This document shows positions 14,194 through 26,200 of a stretch of 64,000 bases of DNA, in pieces. Where the stretch lies: NCBI GenBank assembly GCA_964035575.1, contig OZ037839.1, forward strand, positions 1,488,001 through 1,552,000, given 5' to 3'. Both the position numbers and the translations under genes were made by a program. The first letter of the stretch is position 1; each line of letters opens with the position of its first letter. This DNA comes from Rhynchopus sp. YZ270_cl-10 (lineage: Eukaryota). The notes beneath the pieces were generated by a model. It was not told the DNA's origin. It saw nothing but the letters and a program-made list of their open reading frames with translations, and did not search any database.

Positions 14194-14738
14194 CAGGGAA
14201 ATAGCTTGGTTTTCCCCCAAAATCAGGAATTATGCGAAAACGAAATTTTTTTTCCGCCCGGTCGAAAGCGGTCAGTTGCGCTTCGCGCAAGCCTCCCTGA
14301 GTGGAGAGACGAAAGGTCAATTTGCGAGATAACCAAAAACGGAATGTAATACCTTATTACGGAGCTTGGTCTTGCACCTTACGTTCCACTAACCGTATGG
14401 AAAAAAATAAATGGCGCCGCAGGCGAAAAAAAAATAGGGTACGGTGTAAAAATGCTGGTTTACAACCATACAGTCACTCAACAAACCCTTTTTTGCGGAG
14501 CAAAAAAGGAAAATGGCGCCGCAGGCAAAAAAAAAATTAAGGGGTACGGCACATCTGCAAGCGCAGCGAGCGAAAATTTTAAGGTTCCATCATTCCAGTC
14601 ATCTGGGAGATCTGGGGGTCCGCGGGCGAGGGGCCCCCAAAAGTGCCCAAAAATCCCCTCTTTTTTTTTTTTTTTCCCCCCCCAAAAATCCAGAATTATG
14701 CGATGTCGCATAATTCGGTATATGGAGCTATTTCCCTG
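14194..14738. mobile_element. Non-autonomous hAT-type element (MITE)
   Basis: TIR CAGGGAAATAGCT / AGCTATTTCCCTG; perfect 8-bp TSD ACGAGTAT. Confidence 0.9.
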
Positions 14739-15147
14739 ACGAGTATGCAATACGTCTGGAAATGAAAGACGCGTTCTTCGGTTGCCATGAGTCTTACCGT
14801 TTCCCCTTCCCCCCTTTTGTGCTCCACCTCTCCATGCAATGGATGGATGGATGCGATCAACAAACAACAAACAACGAATAAATAAAGAAGGGGGGGTATT
14901 TCATTTTTTGAGAAAGCGGTTGTGTGTGTGTGCAGGCGTCGCGCTGACTTTCGGAATTTTTTTGTTTTTGAAAAATTGTGTTTCGGGCCTACGAGAATCT
15001 CCAATAAGCCCGGGGCAAAGGATAATTTTTAGCGCAAAGCCTGTGTGTGTGTGTTTATAATTTCTTTTTTTTGTTGTGGATCTTAAAAAAAAAATTGCTT
15101 CAAATTTTTATTTTTTGAGATCTCAAAAAAAGCAGGATGGAAAGATT

Positions 15148-15490
15148 TAAAGGGGCCCCCCGAATAAGTTCCCCCCCAAATAATAGGTATTTTCCCAAAT
15201 AACTTCTTTTTTTTCCAGATTTTAGGTGCCGAAAAAGTTACCGAATAACTTCGCCCCCTCCCACTTCCTTTTTTATTTTTCAAAATTTCCCCCAAACTGA
15301 TAGGGTACTGTGTATTTTTTTTTGCGGAGCAAAAAAAAGCAATATATAATGGCGCCGCAGGCGAAAAAAATTTATGGTACGGTGTTTGCCCAAATAACTT
15401 CCCCCCCAAATAACTTCGATTCCAAATAACTTCTTTTATTCTTCGAGCAAACACCCCCCAAATAAAGAACTTATTCGGGGGGCCCCTTTA
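15148..15490. mobile_element. MITE with 24-bp TIR
   Basis: TAAAGGGGCCCCCCGAATAAGTTC / GAACTTATTCGGGGGGCCCCTTTA; internal AATAACTTC repeats; the outer TA could be the TSD. Confidence 0.8.
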
Positions 15491-15535
15491 TTTGGCGTTT
15501 CTTCTTTTTCTTTTTCTTTTTTTTTCCTTTTTCTC

Positions 15536-18500
15536 CAGGGTCCTCAACCGTAGACAAAGTCTGGCCACAGATTTGTCTAAGTTAAAAAAAAAGGCTAAAA
15601 AAAAATTTTCGCGCTCCGCGCGAAAAGGTCCTGTACAAAGCTAAAAATTGGGGGCTTTTTTTTTTTGTGTTGCTTTTTCGAAACTCGTTAAGTGGTCTTT
15701 TCATTTCAATAGAAGAGTTCGACAAATGAACAATCACACCCCACCCCACCCCTTCGCCCCACCCGTACCCCTAACCCCATTGTCCCCCCAACCTGATAAG
15801 CATCACACAGAAACTCTAACCTTCTTTCTTTTAAAGGCTTCAAAAATCCTTTGGATTTGGTCAGGCGTAAATTTATTCTCATTTGTCTCTGCCTGTTTGC
15901 ACATAAGAATGCATAGCAGACTTGAATCCAGCAGTTTGTTTCTGTAGCTATTCTTGACGTACTTCATGCCGTTGAAGCAGCGCTCGTCTTCAACTGATGT
16001 GACGGGGATTGACAACCCAAGCAAAACAAGATCCCTCATAATGGGGTAGGCGTCTCCTGCGGAACTTGTCAAGAATGTTGCGATCAGGTCCGAAGTGTCC
16101 TTTGTTGTAGTTCTCTTCGACAAAACGTCCACCAGGATCCTCCATTCTTTCACAGCTACAGCTTTCTTTGTCTCCAGACTGTTCAGTTCTGGCGACTCCT
16201 CAACGAACGGTGTCGTGTCCACGCTCAGTAACGGCGTTGTTTGAGTGCGCGATATCACAGTATGCTCCGTCTTGGAGTACTCTGGTCTCCCACGCGTCTT
16301 CTCGCCCACAACATCGTACTTTTTGTACTCGAGTGTATGCAGCTCAGTAAATTCCTCGATGAGCTTCTTCACCTCGGTGTTGCCGTAGATCGCCAGCCCG
16401 TCCGCGTTAGCAGGGAGGTTGCGGATGTCGAATACTGAGAAGCATCTCACAATGTCCATGTTCACGAATCGTTCACTGAGGCACTTCAGCAGCTCCTTGA
16501 GGTATGGCTTGCAGACCGTGTCGTGATGAATCGCAAAGTTCCGACGGGAAAGTTTTGTACCGTGGCATTGATTATACCTCGGTACCCATTCTGGGTAGAA
16601 CGGGAACATGTTCGGGTTGGTTTCAAGCAACGACAATGACGCAACACATTTGTCGATGTGGCTGCAAACGGTGAGCAGGTTTGTGTTCCTGCTCTGGAGC
16701 GACGTCGACAGCACGTTCAACTCGTCCAGGACCACCGTCATGAAGGACAACGTTGCAAAAAAACCGGGCTCTTTGATGTGCTGCGCGATGAACGGTGCTT
16801 CCACGTCGCCGGCCTCTCCAAGCTTGCACAGGGCGCTGTGCACGGCGGGGTACTCCTTGCGGACGGTGCTGCAACACCTGCCGTTGGTGAGCCACCGGGT
16901 GTCACCCGGCTTTGCGATGAGGATGTCACAGTACTCACACAAGTCGCGAAGTTCCTCCAGCATCTCCTCCAGGGTGTCGAGCTTAATCTTGGATCCCGAA
17001 AAAAAAACCCACACCCACCGCAGGCCGTCGAAGAACCGGGTAATCTCCGGCGATTTCCCCTCTGCCGCTGCTTCTGGGCCACAGAGTGCGAGGGAGTGTG
17101 CGTAGCACCAGGTGAAGAGGGCGCCTGGGTTTATGTCTGCACGGATTTGTTGTTGGCAGCCCTTGTTCGAGGAACGCATTGCCGATGCGCCATCAAACGA
17201 GCATCCACTCATCTTCCCGTAGTCGAGCCCGAGCTGGTCTATCCACTTCGTCAGCAACGACGCGTAACCAGCCCCCGTCTGGTCCTTCAGCTCACCCATC
17301 ATGATGAGCTTCTCGACGGGGGTGGCACCGACCATGTATCGCACGACGAAGACGAGTTGCTCCTTCTTGCTGACGTCGCGTGAGCAATCCCCCGACAGGC
17401 CCCAGAAACGGGAGGCTTTGACCTGCTTGAGGAGGTCTTCTGTCAACACCTCCGTGATGCAGGACATGATCTCTAAGACTGCACCGCAGCTGAGATAGCG
17501 TATTTGTTGTCTGAGGTATGCCTCCATGTCGGTGCACTCCAGCTTGTCTGCGAAAAAACTCAGAAACTCCTCCAAGTTAGAGTGCCCTACACCTTTGCGC
17601 GCGAGGAAAACAATAACCTCAATGCATATTTTCAGCATTTTTTGGTTGAACTCGACTTCTTTGTCGCTGTTGGCGTGCAACGTGTGAAGCACGGTTCCAT
17701 TGGAAGCCTGCAGAGCGGCAGCCTTCACGAGACGTTGGTGTTTGGGGTCGCCTGCATGCGCAGGGAGGTCTCTGGCGAGCTTGGTCTTTGCATGAGAGAA
17801 AGCACCACAATACAAGCACTTGAACTTGTCTTCACCCACCACCAACCAGGGGGAAAAACGGTTCAAATGGCCCTGCACCGTGCTCTCCCGCAGACCCATA
17901 CAACCTTTCTCCTGCGCTTCGCGTTTACGTTTCAGCGTGTTGGTGGAGTCGGTGTTCGCTGGTGCGGTCGTGGTGTTCGTGAGGTTGGGATTGTTCGTGT
18001 TGGAGTGCGTGGGACCTAAGAAGACAACATCGCCGTCAGAAGAGTACTCGTCGACATCATCGATTTCCATTGCTGCCTCGGGTTGCTCGGATGCTGCGTT
18101 GCGTCTCACTGGCACACATTGCTCCTCCTCCTCTTCTTCGGACGTTGAATCCACGTACTTAACAGCACTCACCTGTGGAGCCATCATCACCACACGTTTC
18201 TTCACCTTCTTGCCTTGCGACACCTGGCTCTGCACAGACACGGCAGAGGCATCGCTGTCTCCCCCCTTCTCTGCTTCGTTCATGGCGAACTCATGCGCCT
18301 CCGCAACGATCGTCAGGATCGTCTTCCGCTTGCTCCCCTCCCTGTCGTCGTCCGCCAGTTTGGCGCGATCAAACTCCTTCAACCAGAGTTTGAGCACCTT
18401 GTTGGTGTCGTTCTGGTGGTTTTTAAACCCCCTCACCGTCCCCTCCGCCACAAGAAAAAGGTGAAGGGAAGCGAGCCGGGGTGTCGGACCATCGGGGATG

Positions 18501-18906
18501 GACTTGTACTTGCCTGAAGACCACAGGTCGTAGTGCGTATCCCCTTTGTTGGGTTCCACCACACGTACCACAGGTGCCGCAACAGCTCCCTTCTTGAACA
18601 TGGACACGATGGTGGGCTGTGCTTTGGAGGTCTTGGCAGTGGCAGGCATTTTTGCGGATGAGTTTGTTCAATTGTAGTTAGTCTGAGGAGGTGGCTTGTG
18701 TGGGTGGGTACAATGGGGTCCGCGCAGGTGAGGACTGAGGGAGTCTTGAGGGAACTCATTTTTTTTTTTGTTTTCAGTAAAGCTTCTTCTCTTTCAAACC
18801 ACCCAAAAACCCAAAACCCAGGTTTTGTCTAACTTAGACAAAGCGTTTTTCAAAAAAAAAAAAATTGTCTAAGTTAAGGCCTAACTTAGACAGGTTGAGG
18901 ACCCTG
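15536..18906 (-). mobile_element. Autonomous hAT DNA transposon, copy 1 (3371 bp)
   Basis: 14-bp TIR CAGGGTCCTCAACC / GGTTGAGGACCCTG; 8-bp TSD TTTTTCTC (15528-15535, 18907-18914); subterminal TTGTCTAAGTT/AACTTAGACA motifs; intact transposase ORF. Confidence 0.96.
15803..18649 (-). CDS. hAT transposase (ZMYM1/DUF4371-like), 948 aa
   Basis: Zn finger CLYC...HAGDPKH; catalytic motifs GLSGDCSRD...EQL, FDGASAM, CYAH (CxxH), TRW; C-terminal dimerisation motif IPVTSVEDERCF. Confidence 0.95.
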   Translation of the reverse strand: MPATAKTSKAQPTIVSMFKKGAVAAPVVRVVEPNKGDTHYDLWSSGKYKSIPDGPTPRLASLHLFLVAEGTVRGFKNHQNDTNKVLKLWLKEFDRAKLADDDREGSKRKTILTIVAEAHEFAMNEAEKGGDSDASAVSVQSQVSQGKKVKKRVVMMAPQVSAVKYVDSTSEEEEEEQCVPVRRNAASEQPEAAMEIDDVDEYSSDGDVVFLGPTHSNTNNPNLTNTTTAPANTDSTNTLKRKREAQEKGCMGLRESTVQGHLNRFSPWLVVGEDKFKCLYCGAFSHAKTKLARDLPAHAGDPKHQRLVKAAALQASNGTVLHTLHANSDKEVEFNQKMLKICIEVIVFLARKGVGHSNLEEFLSFFADKLECTDMEAYLRQQIRYLSCGAVLEIMSCITEVLTEDLLKQVKASRFWGLSGDCSRDVSKKEQLVFVVRYMVGATPVEKLIMMGELKDQTGAGYASLLTKWIDQLGLDYGKMSGCSFDGASAMRSSNKGCQQQIRADINPGALFTWCYAHSLALCGPEAAAEGKSPEITRFFDGLRWVWVFFSGSKIKLDTLEEMLEELRDLCEYCDILIAKPGDTRWLTNGRCCSTVRKEYPAVHSALCKLGEAGDVEAPFIAQHIKEPGFFATLSFMTVVLDELNVLSTSLQSRNTNLLTVCSHIDKCVASLSLLETNPNMFPFYPEWVPRYNQCHGTKLSRRNFAIHHDTVCKPYLKELLKCLSERFVNMDIVRCFSVFDIRNLPANADGLAIYGNTEVKKLIEEFTELHTLEYKKYDVVGEKTRGRPEYSKTEHTVISRTQTTPLLSVDTTPFVEESPELNSLETKKAVAVKEWRILVDVLSKRTTTKDTSDLIATFLTSSAGDAYPIMRDLVLLGLSIPVTSVEDERCFNGMKYVKNSYRNKLLDSSLLCILMCKQAETNENKFTPDQIQRIFEAFKRKKVRVSV

Positions 18907-19246
18907 TTTTTCTCCTTCTAATATTTTTCTTTTTGGCCTCAACGAGGTTTCTCTCCCCAATCCGGACACAGGTCCCTTTTGGTGTTTTTCTGTTCTTTTT
19001 TTTCTTTTATTATTTTTACATTCTTTATTGTTTTCTTCCTCCTTCCCTCATCATGGTCTCATAAAAACCCCCCTTTATGCAAGATGATTACTCCGTGATA
19101 GGATCAAGTTCATCTTACCATTTCCCCTTCTCTTTTTTGTCTGGCTGTACCCTCTTTTTTCAACCCCCCCTTTTTTTTTTTTTCTTTTTTTGTTTTCGTT
19201 TCTTTCAACGAAGACAGGCAAATAAACAAACAAATAACAAGGACAT

Positions 19247-19391
19247 TTGACAGTGGCTGAGAAAGAGGATAAGTCGTAATCTCATACAAAGTAACGCGCC
19301 CTTCCTCTCCAACTCCACGTCTACAAAACTATCAAGCAAAATTAAACAGAGCACAAAGCACTTTCAAAACATACAAAAAACATTTTCAAAC
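19247..19391. repeat. 145-bp dispersed element, copy 2
   Basis: Identical to 3706-3850 with the same end points; no flanking duplication seen. Confidence 0.85.
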
Positions 19392-19864
19392 TGCCCCTTC
19401 TCTTTTTTCAGATGTGTGTACAACAGGCACACCATCTTGGAGATTTATGTTCTTCCCTTTTTCCTTTGTTTTAATTTTTTTTTTTCCTCGTCGATTTCAC
19501 AAAGAGACAGACATTTTTTTGTTTTTTTTTTTTTAAGGGCGAAACGAAGTGGTAAAGATTACAACCATTTTTACAGAAAATAAAACCCGCAAAGAGACAT
19601 TTTTATGGACACCTTTTTTCGAAAAAAAACATCTGAAGAAAGAAAGACCACGAAAAGTGGGGGGAAAAACAACAACAACAACAACATCATCCGCGAGTCT
19701 TTGTTGGGCGAATTTTTTTTTCTTCTTCTTGTATGATGGTGGTGATCTGACCCCTTTGTCCAGCCTGCATTTTTCTTCTTTTCCTCCTTTGTGCCGCCTT
19801 TCCTTGCGCCGCTGATGGACAGGTGGGAAAAGCTGGATTTTTTTTTTTGCGAACATTTTGCTTT

Positions 19865-20226
19865 GGGAAGGCTCGTTTTTCCATTTAATGTTACAAAGTA
19901 ACAATAAAGGGGGGGGGGAGGGGGTCCGACCGAAATCCGGGAAAAAAACTTTTTTTTTTGTAACAATGGCGGGAAAAAGTGGCTTTTTCCAACAACAAGA
20001 ACTTGCCCATTTCGGCAGATTGACCCCACCACAGTGCGGACGGATTCCGGAAATGCAAATGTGGGTGTTTTCGGATGTGCACATCCACTGCGCCTTGTTG
20101 TTACAATAAATGACAATTCGGAAAAACGGTTTTTCCGTGTAACATAGGGGGGTGGGGAGGGGGGGGTCAACGGGAAAAATGGTTTATTGTTACTTTGTAA
20201 CATTAAAAGGAAAAACGAGCCTTCCC
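19865..20226. mobile_element. Mutator-type MITE
   Basis: ~44-bp TIR GGGAAGGCTCGTTTTTCC(A/T)TTTAATGTTACAAAGTAACAATAAA; 9-bp TSD TTTTGCTTT/TTTTTCTTT (1 mismatch). Confidence 0.85.
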
Positions 20227-20737
20227 TTTTTCTTTTTTCTTTTTTTATTTAAATTCAACTAGACCAGTACCTCCCATACCCCACGGATGTGAGGCAACTG
20301 TTGCGAGCTTCATGACTCATTTTTATTAATTTTTTTTTTGAAAATTTGGTTGTCTCCCCAATACATTTTTATTTTTTGGGGAGATAACGAGAAGTGTGGA
20401 GGGATTTTTCTTTTGTCCCTCCTCCTTCTTCCCCCCTTCTTCTTTCAAGAAGCTTTTCTGAAAGAATATTGGGTTATTCTTGAGATACATGTGTTTATGT
20501 GCTTTGAAAGCAAAGTGTGGAGAATTCGTTCAAAGGACAGCACATTTTTTTCCCCCCCCTCCCCGGTGTAAGTGTGTATGCATGTTTGGACACTTAACCA
20601 GCTTTTCAAATTGCCCTTTTCTTCGTCTTTGCCAGCACGGAATATGCAGACCCTGCTAAAAAAAATGGTATCTCGTAGGCGATATCTAGAAAGATACTGG
20701 CTACAACAAGAAGACGGTAAGGGTAAAAGAATTTTAT

Positions 20738-20838
20738 GTATCGTCTTTTGAAAATGGACCAGAACAATCGTGGACCTTTTGGGATATTTTTTTTTTATGG
20801 ACCAATTTTTCTGGTCCATATTTTTTCAAAAGACGGTA
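20738..20838. mobile_element. Miniature TA-flanked TIR element
   Basis: TATCGTCTTTTGAAAA-TGGACCAGAA mirrored by TTCTGGTCCATATTTTTTCAAAAGACGGTA; the same terminus recurs at ~59270. Confidence 0.6.
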
Positions 20839-22193
20839 TTTCGTGGAAATGTGAGTGAAAATGGAAAAGCTTTTTTTCAAAAAAAATCTGTCATCAAAAC
20901 AACTACAAGAAGGGAGGGTGAGGGGAACGGCAAAGTGACACTTTACTTCTCGTATCTCATCTTTTTTTTTCTTCCCATCCCCCTCTCCAGGTCTGTTGCG
21001 CCCTGAAAACCCTCTGAACACCAACTCCAGAATTTTTTTTTTGTGTGTGTTTGAAATTTCAGTTACGGGAAATTCCATGACTGTTATCCCCCCTTTTTTT
21101 TGTGTGGTGTGTAACTTTAACAGTGTAGCCAAAAAAGTGGTATAAAATGTACCGAGGAACTGCTTGTTAGACCCATTGCCCGTCTCTCAAGCAAATCCTA
21201 AATGGAGCGTGGTGATAGGGGTTTTCTTGAGGGCGCAACATTTTTTTTTCTTCAAAAAACAGAAACAAAACAACATAAAATAGGAAAAAACTGTTTGGTA
21301 TAGTGAAGCTCATCTACACTATTACAAACTAAAGTTTTCAAAAAAAAAAAAAAAAAGAACTATCTCCCCATCCCCTTTTGTTTATCCCCCCTTTTTTTTG
21401 AAGGCCAAGATGACTTCCCACATAAGGCATTTGTTACTCCTCTTTTCCTTTTCCCTTTTTGAAATAATCCTTTTCCTTTTTTGAAGAGGGGGTAAATGCC
21501 GCTGGACGCCTTCATCTTCCTTTTAAATAATTTGTCTTGATCACTTTTTTGTATTTTGTTACCAAATTAACCTTGAAAAATATCCTCACTAAATAACAAA
21601 AACTGGTGGGAAAAAAAAAAGACACGATTGGATTCCAGATAATTTTTCTGAAAATTCATCGAAAGAAAAAAAATGTTTTAGTGTTTAGAATATCAATGAT
21701 GTCTACACTAAAATTTATTAACCGTAAACACCCCAGGCCATATTTTCAGGACAACTAAAAAACTAAAGTGGTGCTTGGGGTGTGTAGGGTTATAACATAA
21801 AAAAAAATCACGCCTTTCTTTTCCTTGTACCCCCATTGTAGATGTGTGCACGTGAAGGCACGCACCTTTATAACTTTCAAAAAAAAAAAAAAAAAAAAAA
21901 AACGCGCGCTACTTTGCGAGCGGAAAGTGTCAAACGTCGTTCACCCCCTAACCATGCTCCGCAACACCACCACCCAACAGGCGAGAGAGATAGTGTGTGT
22001 GGAAGCGTCTAACGCATCAAAACAACTACAAGAAGGGAGGGTGAGGGAACGGCAACGTGACACTTTACTTCTCGTATCTCATCTTTTTTTTTTTTTTTTT
22101 TTTTTTTTGTGGAAGCGTCAACGCAAAAATACTAGTTTCTTGCCAATAGGAAATAGAAAAACGACTGACAGTGCCCGCAAAGCTTTTATTTAT

Positions 22194-23244
22194 TTTTCAA
22201 CTTACCTTCCTTCACCCCCCCTGTAAGGGCAACCGTAGGTGAAGTAAGGTATAGTATTGAAATCGATGTGGGGGGGGAGTAAAGGGTCAATTTTACAAAA
22301 CCAGATTTTGAGGAAAATTTTAGCCGAAAATGGGCCCCACGTATAAGCAACCGGGCTCATATTTCTCAAAATTTAAGTGGTCAAAAAATTGTCCAATTTT
22401 CGAGATTGACCCCACCACTGCACGGGCGGAGCCCAAAAATGCAAATAAGGACCCTTTTTCAACTTACCTTCCTTCACCCCCCCTGTAAGGGCAACCGTAG
22501 GTGAAGTAAGGTATAGTATTGAAATCGATGTGGGGGGGGAGTAAAGGGTCAATTTTACAAAACCAGATTTTGAGGAAAATTTTAGCCGAAAATGGGCCCC
22601 ACGTATAAGCAACCGGGCTCATATTTCTCAAAATTTAAGTGGTCAAAAAATTGTCCAATTTTCGAGATTGACCCCACCACTGCACGGGCGGAGCCCAAAA
22701 ATGCAAATAAGGACCCTTTTTCAACTTACCTTCCTTCACCCCCCCTGTAAGGGCAACCGTAGGTGAAGTAAGGTATAGTATTGAAATCGATGTGGGGGGG
22801 GGAGTAAAGGGTCAATTTTACAAAACCAGATTTTGAGGAAAATTTTAGCCGAAAATGGGCCCCACGTATAAGCAACCGGGCTCATATTTCTCAAAATTTA
22901 AGTGGTCAAAAAATTGTCCAATTTTCGAGATTGACCCCACCACTGCACGGGCGGAGCCCAAAAATGCAAATAAGGACCCTTTTCAACTTACCTTCCTTCA
23001 CCCCCCCTGTAAGGGCAACCGTAGGTGAAGTAAGGTATAGTATTGAAATCGATGTGGGGGGGGAGTAAAGGGTCAATTTTACAAAACCAGATTTTGAGGA
23101 AAATTTTAGCCGAAAATGGGCCCCACGTATAAGCAACCGGGCTCATATTTCTCAAAATTTAAGTGGTCAAAAAATTGTCCAATTTTCGAGATTGACCCCA
23201 CCACTGCACGGGCGGAGCCCAAAAATGCAAATAAGGACCCTTTT
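22194..23244. repeat. Tandem array, 4 x 262 bp
   Basis: CTTACCTTCCTTCACCC recurs at 22201, 22463, 22725 and 22987; units near-identical apart from homopolymer length. Confidence 0.97.
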
Positions 23245-26200
23245 TAATTTGTTCTCTTGAAATGTGTAATTTCAAGTTTTCTAGAAAAAAATAGCAACTG
23301 ATCCTACAAGGGTTGAAGGAAGGTGTGTGGAAAACAACAATAACAAAACAAGGAATTGCTAAGAAAAAAAACGAGGTGTGCTGTGGGAAACCCCGCGCGA
23401 TTTTCGAAACCAACATAGCATCCTGGCGCTTTGCTGGGTGGTGCTGATGCGCCTGGTGTGATCGACGACAGTTAGTCGTCTGTGTTCCTTGCACACTCCT
23501 CCTCCGGCGACGATGAGTGGGAGGCTGTGGACGACAACGAGCTGGAACATGCCGACCATCCATCGAGCAAATGGTGCTGGACGAAGAGGAGTCTGAGGAT
23601 GACAGCCCCCGTTCTTGAACGTTTCAAGTGCAGGCGTCCCAGTGGTTGTGGCAGCGTTTGCATACCTGCAGAAGAGCAGAGTGTAGATTATTTCTACAGG
23701 GCGGTGTTCAGGAGTGTGGGTCCTCCCATAACCACAGCACACCCCGTTTTTTTTCCGATAGCAATTACTTGTTTTTTTTTGTTTTTTTCTTTCTTCCCAA
23801 ATACCACCAATCAATCATTCGGAAAGAAATAAAACAACACTGCTTTTTGCGGAGCGACATCCATTTCCCCCCCTTCCTTTTTATTTTATTTCAGTGCAAA
23901 CCAGGCTAAGTAGGCCTCGCTAAAAGACCGGATAAAAAAAAAATACTCCAGCGTGACTGAGGTGTACTTTAACGTAATTCTTAGTACACCCCACGGGCCA
24001 CGCCTCAGATCTATTTTTTCGAACTTCCTCCTTCGCCCATTTTTTGGCAAGCCTCGTTTGTGTTGTTGTATTATAAAAAAACTCTCCATTCAACCTTGAT
24101 TGTATGAGTTCCCCTTAGCCCCCTTCTTTTGGGGTGACATCAAAATGGGTCATACAGTGGAGCTCAAACCAGAGCTCTGTATTGACACGCATCTACACTT
24201 CACGCTTATCAAAGATGGAGTCTTTTGCCGTACAAAAGCACAGCGTAGAAAAGACTATATGCACACCTTGCTGCATCGTCTCCTCTACTGAAGTTGAACT
24301 GCACGGTGTTAGGTTCGGGTCAGGCAAATCCTACCTGGACCTGACAAAAAAAGCCCGTGTAGGCGCAAGAGGCCTTCAGACTCATCTTTTGCCAACCTTT
24401 TTCTCACCCCCTTTATCGAATTGTTTTTTTTTTAAAACGCCTTCTAAACCCTGGTGTGTATGGGCAGAGGAAGGCCCATGCACCATTTTTTAAATATTTG
24501 AATGCCTTCTTTGAAAGGAACTAAAACGACGGATGGTGCCCGATAAGCTTTTTTTTTGTTTACACCACACCCCATTTTTTTTCTTCTCCACCCAACAGAC
24601 TTCAGTGAAGAAAAATAGTGCAGCTATCCTCGGATGTCTACACTAAATACAACTTAAGACAATAAGCTTGCGGAGCGATAAACGGGAAAAAAAATTTCCC
24701 CCCCCTTTTTTTTTTCGTTTTCTTCTTTTAATTATGTTTAAACTTTCACAGATAGATGTTGTGGGAGGCAGTCATCTGTTTTAGTTTTCTTTGTTTTTAT
24801 CATCCTGTCAATGTTTCTATTTTATTTGCTTTTTTATGTCCTGGGTCCACAAGAAAAATCTTCAAAATGTTACCCTCTGACGTGTCTACTATTGTACCAA
24901 CTTGGAACTGACTTCTGCCCAGTGCCCAGGTGGCACGGTGTGGGGGAAAAGAAAAAAGAAAACGTTAATACAAGCATAGCTAATAAATAGGGCCGGTTTA
25001 TGGGCCTAAGTTTTATCAGGAATAGGCTAATATTTTATTAGCCTGTTTTTGTGTATTTTTTCCCCCCTGATTTATTGGTCAGTAGTAGACCCCAAAAAAG
25101 GCAAAACAAGAGCACAAAAAAAAACTTCATAAAACCCCAGTCAAACCCCTTCTTTGATGTACGCTAACCACCCCCCACCCCCACACCCACCCCCAAGAAA
25201 ATACTCCAAAAAAAAAGGACAGTGGAGATTGCACAAACTGTGGCAACACAACCGAGGCAACCTACACTGCTCCAAAAATTTATCAAAAAAAAACAAAAGG
25301 AAAGAAGAGGCAAGAGAAGGTTTTTGTGTTTTGCGGTTTCACCACCCGACACATCAAAAGCCATCTACTCTCAAAGGAATTGAATACCAATGAACACAAA
25401 ACTCAAGTTGTAGAGCCTTGCGCGTCCCTGGTACCAATTGATATTGGTGCCTCCTCCAAATACCCTCCCCCTTTTTTCTTCTCACAGAATGTGCAAAGAA
25501 ATGCAAAAAAAAAATGTATTTTTTTGACTCTTTTTTTACTGTATTTTTGTGATTTTATTTTGAATAATTTTGTGCAATGGGGGTTTTGATAAAACCTTCT
25601 TTAGCGCACAAGATTTTTTTTTTTTTTTTGAAGAGCAAAAATATCATTTTCCAACCACCCTTCCCCCGCTTTTTGTTGTGCTTCGGGCTTTATGCTATTT
25701 TGTTTTTTTTGTTCCAAATGTATAGTGGAGTGCATCCTCGGGTGTCACAACACTCATACAACCAAGTTTTCAAGAAAACAGAGCTTAGGGAATTGTAGCA
25801 AAACAGAGAGAATCAAAAAAAAAAATCTTTTTTTTTTCCAAACCTTTCAAACCTCCCTCCTCCCTACCCCCAAACGAGACATCCTGTCTCTCACTCTACA
25901 TATCAAAAAAATGAAAAAAAAAAAAAATGAAAAAAATGAAAAAAATGAAAAAAAAAAGCAGCGACAATGTGTTGTAATAAAAAGTAGTTTCATAAGGCTG
26001 AGGATTATCTGCATATTTTAGGCCTCAAAAGAGGTTTCCTCTTCACGGCCAAGGTATCCAGGAGTGTATTGCAGTAATAAAAAATATCACCACAGAATAT
26101 TTATTACACACTTTACGCACAAACAAAAAAATCATTCGGCTTTTGAGAGACTCTTATGTTTTTTTGTACAACACTCAATCTCATTATCTGCACAAAGTTT

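Noticed and set aside
321..15454. Dozens of 60-140-aa ORFs rich in F and K
   Set aside because: Products of poly-T/poly-A tracts; no recognisable domains
16168..18759. Overlapping and antisense ORFs in hAT copy 1 (likewise in copy 2, the MULE, PI3K, formin and LRR genes)
   Set aside because: Shadow frames of GC-rich coding sequence
23482..23832. GC-richer 116-aa ORF
   Set aside because: May be an exon or gene fragment, but it has no recognisable motif or clear start
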